Shown: one piece after another, positions 28,101 through 34,461 of the stretch
Layout: each line of letters opens with the position of its first letter
Position numbering within the stretch: the first letter of the stretch is position 1
Source: a virus
IMG/VR virus record: IMGVR_UViG_3300045988_165922
Coordinates: 37,893 to 101,892 of that record
DNA: 64,000 nt
Strand: one strand, 5' to 3'
The notes under the pieces: model-generated
Database searches by the model: none
What the model saw: the letters and a program-made list of their open reading frames with translations, nothing else
What the model was told of the DNA's origin: nothing
Position numbers and translations under genes: made by a program

Positions 28101-28358
28101 GACCACGCCATCGGTAGGGGAATCATCGCCCGTGGCGAACCCGTTCTTCGAATTCACGAACGTTTGCGAACTCGTGCCATGCCCCGTACCGTCGGCTTTC
28201 TTAACGATTTTCGCAGTAGCATATGCGGGTTTCAACTCGTCCGCATGCGCTTTCGGAGAGGCTACCGGATTGGTCATGCATATCAGGCCGGATGACAGTG
28301 TGGCGATTGCGGCCAATAATGCTACCGGATGTGCCACATGCTTTTTGAGAATACCCAT
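22158..28358 (-). CDS. giant sortase-anchored surface protein / putative pilus tip adhesin with RCC1 beta-propeller repeats and CnaB-like domains, 2066 aa
   Basis: signal peptide; HSLALDSEGHLWAWGGNGSGQLGDGTT RCC1 repeats; CnaB-like GKYIFERL / GYYEFDLL; C-terminal MPHTG followed by TM and RKKEEQ sorting signal. Confidence 0.8.
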   Translation of the reverse strand: MGILKKHVAHPVALLAAIATLSSGLICMTNPVASPKAHADELKPAYATAKIVKKADGTGHGTSSQTFVNSKNGFATGDDSPTDGVVASGDTVEYSLTLNFNAAGKRTINVKFDLDDAPYLQTADGGGFCQPGQLVTAKKNSDGSCSYTVPAGGVETMTQTFYLKAKDTGGLVKPGQIPKIVVAREGGTSTTYRTDELTVVSAPAADLVIDNGGNPVKGQYSYEHRTYWSQNTDATGDFTIRTDALTYPGYSSTKGASTSIDWTTKVDISDFPQGTVWTVGGQRITRNSDKEQYLTVSSGKNGTAATISYRIPAGTDALKNMKEGDVKYYDVHLVPDETVFSVKDDNGNALLNMGKGGEPGWNIGRDKSTYNKDTGARVGYPYANNDWSRAIIQRLKPTPAGKIPLFGKGLQRPNTASKTMFDKENLTFDAAEGKADIYHYYSDGSGDTVSRGTQVKTILEMYAANVTADKLKNTTPTMQDEWDNTRMRWDGSLEVTQNGAPVSDYKVQWADSKDNWHDGEPSDTDAPNVKKIRVTFNPDTLTLGKGAPNVQVTFNTLAIADVSKGNVEALDTLTAWLTEDDKASVTNWVWIAKPVDPTTSIDISLKAYDGEGNQVYANNSSNHPSGSAVDLTPGMRVDYTVTEQLRTILLSNTSMTPTITVPKPKGLYNPTCDDSFWQMKVDGNNLVFTPRSGKVTPEVDRMGSATLPDLHFSGIVSNLATGTVTASANMSVDVDENGALQAQTIKSNTPSVPFPVSNAETNSGIMRVKTTKAEIGDPLTWEFNVYGKGGGHTGTMDSMLLLPANGDEKYVQDKLVEYERGYSNYHGSYELTQPITVNMDNSTSTTVYYSTTTGKKSDNPADYEWKTWDKLTDSDKKNITAIRLTSTVVASDEKLSYSAVNGTITLNPSDNVKDDKYTLWLGRNYYSDTAGKPAGNQPWPDVANVVVGSISGTVWWDKDENTLIGDGEERIEGVEVILSKQDANGAWQSVKTVKTDKDGYYEFDLLHSGTYKTSVKRNTGTSTGDGVQTQVKTYYGKLEDVTNTRSWSNKIKSNATDTSDDIHLGIGINQTHVDYGYAKPDLKATVDKTVTGTNCTDTKCVINWDVKVQNKGKSTEKAPSVPPLKTFAAGGAHSLALDSEGHLWAWGGNGSGQLGDGTTTARNTPIEVKPDTTFTQVSAGGAHSLALDSEGHLWAWGGNGSGQLGDGTTTARNTPIEVKPDTTFTQVSAGGAHSLALDSEGHLWAWGWNNYGSLGVSSNKNSLKPLLIKVYSTDMFTQIAARDSSSFALDSDGHRWAWGNNEHGSLGIGYENTCVNVPIKVKSDVTITQIEGRLALDSGGRLWTWGYNHDGTGTDQSTPILVSDGHVWKSGVQVVPDTSTESSGTSRFDTSSVVSDRMSADVHDVTATAGTVSIESGGAKQVATSGDHKFVLTNEGLLYAWGNNQYGQLGFKPDSTNTSTPVNVNKPTIINGSWLKVAAGGKHSAAISTDGHLYTTGWNSRGQLGTGDTDNRFEWTEVASDKTFTDVACGNQFTVAIASDGTLWATGNIGNKTYTSLTQISSVTSTQVSASMDSFIALTKNGGSLYAGASTALTPKGSGYMQVAAAFGQVYALTNSGTVQPVATLNRDGYSPNVSSLKDITLISGGYQTLYAIDKNQHLWASGWNGDGQLANGKTGNGMYWTDDSTGNNTDIIGTPVDTGIIASDVAGGDRDVLILGKQVMIAGFDPYGDGKTGGARSIGLKGMAVSSDPTAVPVEPSSETTENGLTTRTYNLPYSIEPGGYVIYHFTGTVDRETADMTGKDQTYIDEWVKKNTKTILNQAWFDSEHTPYSGTPHASGKNKPNTPDATKLDANTNDVTGNPTCRTDTDYTEEGRQHWFSTSDEDSCDQVGTIITPTTTAKKLGSISGLYWEDTNKNGIQDEGENTHFAGQTVILTDENGKQLATTKTDKDGKYIFERLDANGNKYRIQFTKVNHRDFTTPDVGDKTPAADGSSTDSDAYTDEANKLTITLTQDAPTKEHVDAGVLPETWLATMPHTGMGLLLPLLMLVSISGLVAAIILLRKKEEQ
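24600..24975. repeat. ~2.5 tandem, near-identical 150-bp DNA repeats, each encoding one 50-aa RCC1 blade
   Basis: copies start at about 24621, 24771 and 24921 and are essentially identical at the DNA level. Confidence 0.8.
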
Positions 28359-29263
28359 TAGTGTTCCTTCTTTGCGTGGTTTTTTCTACGGATGATGAGA
28401 ATGGTGATGATGATTACCGCAAGCCAGAAGCCGCCGACGTACAGTATGAGCCATTGGTTCGTGTGGTCTTTCGGCGCGTTTTCGGGTCTGGGTGCGGGGT
28501 GCGGCATGCTGGTGCGCGTGCCGGTCACTAGGAGTCGCTTGTTGTTGATGCCGTATGGCGTGCAGGTTAGGAGTGTGGCGAGGTCTTTTCCGGCGACGAT
28601 TTTCAGTTTGGTGAAATCGGATGGGTCTACCACATCAATGCTTGTGACCTTGTAGGCGAGCGTATGTCCGGCGGTTATCAGATAGAAGACGTCACTTTTT
28701 TTGGCTTCACTGCCGAAGCCTCGTAGCTTGTCGAACATGAGCTGGTCTGCCAAACCCGTGTGCGCGGATATGACAGTATGCGTGTTCTTGCCGCCGACGG
28801 GGAGACTGGAACCATATAAGTGTCCGGCTCCAGCGGCCAACACGTTTTGCGACGTGCCATGCCGGATGGGCAGGTTGATGCCCAAGCGTGGATATTTGAT
28901 GGTGGCCATGACCCCATCCTTGGGGGTGGATAGTTGCTTCCGATACGTGTTGTCCGTTTCGGACTTGTTGACGCCTGTCCAAGGGTCTTCCGCCTCACCA
29001 AGAATGGGCTGGCCTTCCTCGTATAGGCGTTGATTGTAGGCTTGCGCGTCCGCATACTCTTGGGCGATTCGTTTCACGTCAGTGTTTTCCACGGCTTGCG
29101 CGTGGGAGTCGGTCAACCGGTTGGATTGGCTGCTGTTCGAAATCATGAGAATGAATGGGATGGTTCCGGACAGGGCGGATAGGATTAGGCAGAGAAGTCC
29201 CGCTATGGCTCGATTTCCCAAGCCTTTCGGTTTCGCCGTATGTTTTCCCAAAACCCCTCCCAT
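28358..29263 (-). CDS. class C (pilus-specific) sortase
   Basis: TLLTCTPYG catalytic motif, conserved His and Arg, C-terminal TM; stop overlaps the adhesin ATG (TAATG). Confidence 0.8.
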   Translation of the reverse strand: MGGVLGKHTAKPKGLGNRAIAGLLCLILSALSGTIPFILMISNSSQSNRLTDSHAQAVENTDVKRIAQEYADAQAYNQRLYEEGQPILGEAEDPWTGVNKSETDNTYRKQLSTPKDGVMATIKYPRLGINLPIRHGTSQNVLAAGAGHLYGSSLPVGGKNTHTVISAHTGLADQLMFDKLRGFGSEAKKSDVFYLITAGHTLAYKVTSIDVVDPSDFTKLKIVAGKDLATLLTCTPYGINNKRLLVTGTRTSMPHPAPRPENAPKDHTNQWLILYVGGFWLAVIIITILIIRRKNHAKKEH

Positions 29264-29398
29264 GCGGTTATAAAGAATCTAAAAGGTGTCGTGTCGATAT
29301 TTGGGTTCCCGACACGACAAGCGGAACATTTCATGCTTTTCCAACCGTCAAACGGTCAGAAAAGTTTTCTCATACGGCAGTATTCCAATCTTCCAATC

Positions 29399-31093
29399 TC
29401 ACGCCTTGCGACGAAGCAGCAGGGCGGAAGCGCCAGCCAACAGGACGGTCATCACGCCGAAGATGGACAGCCAGACCGCACCGGTCTTCGGCATGTCAGC
29501 GATGTTGCGGGCGTTGATGACGGTCACACCCATCTTGTCAACGTTCTCGGAAGCCAGATTGTTGGCGTCCTTATCGAACTGGCTGAGCATGTAGGAGCCG
29601 TTCGACTGGTTCACCTTGATGGTCAGGGTGAACTGCGGCAGGATGGAGCCGTTGAACGGACTCTTTGTCTCCTTGACCGTGTACTTGCCGTCGAGGCCGG
29701 TCAGCGTGAGCACGCCATTGCTAGTAGCGACGCTGGTGACGGTGTCGGTGGTGCCGGTGCTCTCGGTCAGGTCGGCCTTGCGGTAGGTCAGGCCGTCGGA
29801 GGACTTGACGAACCTGACCGGGGTGGTGGTCTGGTCGCCCTCGTACACCTTGAACTCGGCTCCGGCGAGCGGAGCGTTGTTCGTGTCGTGCTTGGTGAGG
29901 GTGAACTTGCCGACGTACACCTTGTCGGTCTGGCCCGGGGTGGTCTCATGGTCGGTGACGGTGTTCGGATTATGCGAGTATTCGACCTCGTTGGTGTTGG
30001 CGTCGGCGGTTCCGGAGACGGCGTTCTTGTTCACGTACATGCCGTACTTGACGTCAACGGCGGCATCGACCGGGAACTTGGCTTTCATCGCCACAATGTC
30101 GGATGTGGTGGTGGAGTCACCGGTGGTCGGAGCGAAGATGATGTGGAACTTGCCATCCTCAGTAGTGACCTTGTAATCGGTGTCGCAGATGAGGGTCTTA
30201 CCGTCCACGGTCACGACCATGTTGTCCTTGGCCGCGTCATAAGTCAGGCCCTTGGAATACGTATCGTTGATGGCGTAATAGTACTTGTCGTAGCCAGTCC
30301 AGTTCGGCACTTTGCTGGTCATTTCGAAGCTGACCTTCTTGCCGATAGCGGTTTCGGCGGTCGCGCCACTGTTTTCGACGGTGCCGTTTTCGGCGGCGGT
30401 AATCTTCTTCGTGACGGTGGTGCCGTGTACCTTATAGTCCACGGTGCCCAGCGTGTAGGTCTTGGCGCCGTTCTTCAACGTGGTCTTGCCATCGATGCCG
30501 GTGCCGTTGAACATGACGATGGACGCCTGACCGGTCTTGGTGGTGTCCACGACCGCGTACACGCCCGGACGGACAGAAGCGGTCATATGCTTGGCGTCGG
30601 TGCCCTTGGCGAACGCGGTGCCCTTGTCGCCGATGACAGCGGCCTCGTTCTTCAACTGGTCGATGAAGTCACGAAGCTTGCCAGCCCACGGACTGTTCTC
30701 GGAATCAAGGAGATTCTGCACGACCCACACCATCGGATTGGACGCATTATAGTCGTATCCGGCAGTCTGGTCTTTCTTGGACTTAGTGTCAATACTGGCT
30801 TTAGTCAATGCGTCAGCAATAGCAGAAGCCTTGCCCGCGTCAATCAGGTCAAAGCCGGTAATATTAGTACCATCAGTCTGCGCATACGAATAGTAGGCGA
30901 GCGGCACAGCCTTCAACGTGCGATTGCTAATATCACCATTAGCAGCGACGGTCAACGTCTGACGAGCAGCCGCATCAAACTTGGATGCGTCAACACGAGT
31001 ATCAGCCGCCATGGCGGAGCCGACTCCAGCCAAACCCATGGCACCGGCCACAAGCGTGGCGACCGTTGCCTTCAACAGGTTTTTGGTTTTCAC
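29399..31093 (-). CDS. sortase-dependent pilin backbone subunit, 564 aa
   Basis: signal peptide; E-box-like YTVKETKSPFNGS; C-terminal MPKTG + TM + RRKA; GTG start with RBS AAGGAAAG. Confidence 0.7.
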   Translation of the reverse strand: MKTKNLLKATVATLVAGAMGLAGVGSAMAADTRVDASKFDAAARQTLTVAANGDISNRTLKAVPLAYYSYAQTDGTNITGFDLIDAGKASAIADALTKASIDTKSKKDQTAGYDYNASNPMVWVVQNLLDSENSPWAGKLRDFIDQLKNEAAVIGDKGTAFAKGTDAKHMTASVRPGVYAVVDTTKTGQASIVMFNGTGIDGKTTLKNGAKTYTLGTVDYKVHGTTVTKKITAAENGTVENSGATAETAIGKKVSFEMTSKVPNWTGYDKYYYAINDTYSKGLTYDAAKDNMVVTVDGKTLICDTDYKVTTEDGKFHIIFAPTTGDSTTTSDIVAMKAKFPVDAAVDVKYGMYVNKNAVSGTADANTNEVEYSHNPNTVTDHETTPGQTDKVYVGKFTLTKHDTNNAPLAGAEFKVYEGDQTTTPVRFVKSSDGLTYRKADLTESTGTTDTVTSVATSNGVLTLTGLDGKYTVKETKSPFNGSILPQFTLTIKVNQSNGSYMLSQFDKDANNLASENVDKMGVTVINARNIADMPKTGAVWLSIFGVMTVLLAGASALLLRRKA

Positions 31094-31134
31094 CTTTGTT
31101 TTCCTTTCCTTACTAGACCCGGCGCACGTTCATT

Positions 31135-31160
31135 CATCGAACGGGGTCAATATCGGATTA
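31135..31160 (-). promoter_or_regulatory. weak partial motif copy upstream of the pilus operon (cattcctaatatacc)
   Basis: matches only the TATA-half of the consensus. Confidence 0.2.
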
Positions 31161-31228
31161 CATTCCTAATATACCGCACGCACCCTCATTAAAAACCTTG
31201 AAAGAATGCTTTCAGCCCTTAAAAATAA

Positions 31229-31256
31229 GGAGGGGCATGGCTTCCCATACCCCTCC
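31229..31256 (-). terminator. rho-independent terminator (ggaggggcatggcttcccatacccctcc) with a U-run on the minus strand
   Basis: 7-bp GC stem, then TTATTTTT on the minus strand, downstream of the flotillin gene stop. Confidence 0.65.
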
Positions 31257-31274
31257 AACATGCCCCTGAACAGG

Positions 31275-32660
31275 CTAGTTTCCGGACTGTTCGGAACCTT
31301 TCTCACTCAATGCGGAACCGGCGGCATGACCGGCCACCATACTGTTCAGCAAGGCTTTCAAATCGATGCCCAAGGATTGCGACAATCCCTCACTCAACTG
31401 GCTCACACTGTTCACCGTGTCGCCCACGAGCTTCGTGCTGTTTCCGTCGCCGTACATGGTGATGTGGTCAACCTTGGTGAGCGGTTCGGCGGCGGCTCGA
31501 ACCATGTCGGGGAGAATCTGAATGTACTGTTGGGCGAGGATGTACGTGTTGTTCATCGCATTGTAGGCTCGGCCTTGGGCGCGGATTGCCTCCGCCTCGC
31601 CCACGCCCTTGGCCTGTGCGGCGGAGCCTTCAGCCTTGCCTTTGACTTCGGTCGCGTGTGCGTCCGCGTCGGCTGTGGATTGGATGGCCTGAGCCTCCTG
31701 CTGGCGTAGGTACAGTTCCGCGTCGGCGTGTTTTTGGGTTGTGTACATTTGCGCGTCGGCCTGCTGTTCGGCGGCGTAACGGTCGGCGTCGGCCTTCTTG
31801 CGGATGGTCGCGTTCAGTTTTTGCTCTTCGATTTCGGCGTTCTTCTGTTCGAGGACTGCCTTCTTTTCGGCGGCGGCGATTTCAGCCTCTTGCTCCTTGA
31901 CTTTGAGAGTTTTGGACTGTTCGGCGGCGGTGATGCCCTTCACCGCGTCGGCCTCGGCCTGCGCCTTGTCGGAGATGGATTGGAGTTCGGCTCGTTTCAG
32001 GTCGAGCTGGTTCTGACGGACGGCCACATCCTGTTCCGCGTTGATGGACGCGAGCTTCGCATTCCGGCTGATTTCGGCGGCCATTTCAGCGCCCATGTTG
32101 GCGATGACGTTCTGACGGTCGGTGAAGTCTTGAATGTTGAACGTGGTCAATTGAAGGCCAAGCCGTTCCATATCCACGCGGGCGGATTCGGCCACGGTCG
32201 CGGCGAACGTGTCCCTGTTCTCCATGAGCTCCTTCAACTCGGTCTTGCCGATGACCTCGCGCAGCTTGCCCAAGAGCACCTGCGTCACGTCCTTCTCCAT
32301 TCGCTCCTTGGACTGGTTCAGATAGTTCTTGGCGGCGTTCTCCAACGCCTTCACCTGTTTACCGTTCTCGTCCACGGTCATGGTCTCGGACGCTATCTGG
32401 AAGTTCGCGACGGCGTTCACGTCGATGAGGATTGCGTCCTTCGTCGGAATCGGCGTGTCGGTTCTCAGGAGCGACTGCACCGCTCCGAGGGAGAGCCAGT
32501 CCACGCGCATGATGAAGGGTATGATGAACGCGCTTCCGCCGGAGACGAAGCGTCGTCCACCCGGCCCGGTGATGACCATTACCCGGTCGGCGGGGCAGAC
32601 CTTGTAGCTTGCGGTTGCGAGCAGGATGATGAGTATCGCCACTGCCGCGACGATTATCAA
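31275..32660 (-). CDS. flotillin-like SPFH/band-7 domain protein (YqiK-like), 461 aa
   Basis: N-terminal TM, SPFH domain, long Ala/Glu/Gln-rich coiled coil (AEAEAIRAQGRA); start region ambiguous (TTG/CTG). Confidence 0.75.
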   Translation of the reverse strand: MIIVAAVAILIILLATASYKVCPADRVMVITGPGGRRFVSGGSAFIIPFIMRVDWLSLGAVQSLLRTDTPIPTKDAILIDVNAVANFQIASETMTVDENGKQVKALENAAKNYLNQSKERMEKDVTQVLLGKLREVIGKTELKELMENRDTFAATVAESARVDMERLGLQLTTFNIQDFTDRQNVIANMGAEMAAEISRNAKLASINAEQDVAVRQNQLDLKRAELQSISDKAQAEADAVKGITAAEQSKTLKVKEQEAEIAAAEKKAVLEQKNAEIEEQKLNATIRKKADADRYAAEQQADAQMYTTQKHADAELYLRQQEAQAIQSTADADAHATEVKGKAEGSAAQAKGVGEAEAIRAQGRAYNAMNNTYILAQQYIQILPDMVRAAAEPLTKVDHITMYGDGNSTKLVGDTVNSVSQLSEGLSQSLGIDLKALLNSMVAGHAAGSALSEKGSEQSGN

Positions 32661-32691
32661 TGTTGTTGGCAGTGACTTTTCCTTTCTTTTT

Positions 32692-32715
32692 TTGTGGGCA
32701 TACCCACTATGACAG
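32692..32715 (-). promoter_or_regulatory. degenerate promoter/leader motif copy (ttgtgggcatacccactatgacag)
   Basis: consensus-like copy upstream of the flotillin gene. Confidence 0.45.
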
Positions 32716-32723
32716 AACTTGTT

Positions 32724-34064
32724 TCAGAACTCGTTTTCGAAACCTGCGGCCATGTCCGCGAATTTGGAGCATTCGCCCATGAACGCGAGATTGAACGTTT
32801 CGGTAGGCCCGTTACGGTGCTTGGCGAGAATCACGTCGGCTTCGCCCGGACGTTCCTCACGGTCGTAGTATTCGGGACGATGCACGAGGAACACCATGTC
32901 GGCGTCCTGTTCGATGGAACCGGACTCTCTCAGGTCGGACAGTTCCGGCTTCTTGTCGGCACGCTGTTCCGCATTACGGTTCAACTGGGAGAGCACGACC
33001 ACGGGGCATTGCAGTTCCTTGGCGAGCATTTTGCATTGGCGGGAGAAGTTCGACACTTCCTGCTGACGGTTCTCGACGGTTTTACCGGAGGACATGAGTT
33101 GCAGGTAGTCGATGACGATAAGCTTCAACCCGTTGACCTTGCGGCTGAGAGCACGGCATTTCGCACGGATGGTGCTCATGTTGATGATGGCGGAATCATC
33201 AACCCACAATGGTGCCTTCTCGACCTGATGGCAGAGCGCGTTGAGTTTGTTCCAATCATTCGAGTTCAGATTCTCGGGATGTTGGAACGATGCGAGACGG
33301 ATGCCTGTTTCGGCTGCGAACATGCGTTGCATGAGTTCGTGACCGCCCATTTCCAGACTGAAAATCACAGTCGGCAGACCCTTGTGCAGTGCGGCGTTAC
33401 GCGCGAAATCCATGCCGAGAGTACTCTTGCCCATGCCCGGACGGCCCGCGACTATGACCATTTGTCCGGCTTGCAATCCGTGCGTCAACGCGTCGATGTC
33501 ACGGAAGCCGGTGGGTGTTCCGAACTCGTTCGGATTCTGTGACATTTCATCCAACTGTTGGAGTATTTCGTCGGACAGGCGGTATGCGGTCTTCAACTCG
33601 TCGTCTTCGGAACGGCTTGAATCCTCCAACGAGAACGCGGCCTCCAACGATTTGCTGAGCACATCTTCGGCTGACGCGTCGGATACGTTGCTCATCTGTT
33701 GCAACTGCTGTCCGACCATGTTGATGTGGCGGAGGATGGCCGCGTCACGAATCTGCTTGATGAAATAGTCACTGTTGTTCGACGTGGGCGCGGAGCCGAC
33801 AAGCTGGGCGATGTAGTCGATGCCGCCGACCTGTTCCAACTGTCCGTTGTCCATCATGTGCGAGGACAGCATTTGCGCGTCCACACGGTTATTGTCTGCG
33901 GCCAGTTCCTTTATATTATAGAAGATGGTCTGGTTGGTCGGCTGGTAGAAGTCCTCTTCGGAAAGTTGGCTGATGACCTTGTCCAACGTTTCCGCGTCTT
34001 GAAGCATGGCCCCCAACAATACTTGCTCGGCCATGTCCTTGTGGATTGGTGTGGGGACGCTCAC
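32724..34064 (-). CDS. dnaB: replicative DNA helicase DnaB
   Basis: N-terminal DnaB domain (LLGAMLQD), Walker A GRPGMGKST, RecA-like C-terminal domain; 446 aa. Confidence 0.85.
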   Translation of the reverse strand: MSVPTPIHKDMAEQVLLGAMLQDAETLDKVISQLSEEDFYQPTNQTIFYNIKELAADNNRVDAQMLSSHMMDNGQLEQVGGIDYIAQLVGSAPTSNNSDYFIKQIRDAAILRHINMVGQQLQQMSNVSDASAEDVLSKSLEAAFSLEDSSRSEDDELKTAYRLSDEILQQLDEMSQNPNEFGTPTGFRDIDALTHGLQAGQMVIVAGRPGMGKSTLGMDFARNAALHKGLPTVIFSLEMGGHELMQRMFAAETGIRLASFQHPENLNSNDWNKLNALCHQVEKAPLWVDDSAIINMSTIRAKCRALSRKVNGLKLIVIDYLQLMSSGKTVENRQQEVSNFSRQCKMLAKELQCPVVVLSQLNRNAEQRADKKPELSDLRESGSIEQDADMVFLVHRPEYYDREERPGEADVILAKHRNGPTETFNLAFMGECSKFADMAAGFENEF

Positions 34065-34438
34065 TTGTCGTTGTTCTCCTTCTTGCCGGTGTTGGTCTGA
34101 TTCTTGTTCAACGTCTCATACAGGCGGTGTTCCGTTTGCCAACGTTTGACACGGGATTTGCTGGGATGGTTGACCCACCGGTATACGCAACGTTCTATGC
34201 GCTTGTATCCGAGGACTTCCGGTCCGAGATTGTGACTGCGGAATATCTCCGAGGGACGTTCCCCTTGCAGATATCGGAGGGTCACTTCGTCTTGGAATTG
34301 GGTGGTGAAGATTACCCACCATCCGTGCTTGTTTTTCAAGACGTTGACGACTTCCGGCCGTCTTCCCAAGGCCAAAGCCTCGTCTGCGGTCAGAAGCTTC
34401 GCCGGGGATGTGTTCGGTTTTTTCGGTTTTTCGACCAT
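34061..34438 (-). CDS. hypothetical basic protein, ~125 aa
   Basis: start MVEKPKK with RBS GAAAGGACGAACAAAAGC. Confidence 0.45.
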   Translation of the reverse strand: MVEKPKKPNTSPAKLLTADEALALGRRPEVVNVLKNKHGWWVIFTTQFQDEVTLRYLQGERPSEIFRSHNLGPEVLGYKRIERCVYRWVNHPSKSRVKRWQTEHRLYETLNKNQTNTGKKENNDK

Positions 34439-34461
34439 GCTTTTGTTCGTCCTTTCCAAGG

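Noticed and set aside
22254-28395. Several 100-370-aa plus-strand ORFs inside the giant adhesin gene (22254..23375, 23658..24347, 25983..26732, 29155..29517 and others)
   Set aside because: They are all antisense or alternative-frame to a continuous 2066-aa ORF with coherent domain structure. None has an RBS, and their composition is that of GC-rich noise.
29240-31192. 650-aa plus-strand ORF
   Set aside because: It is antisense to the pilin gene, which has a signal peptide, an E-box and a sorting signal. The ORF is Gly/Val/Ala-rich with no start context, as is typical for high-GC antisense frames.
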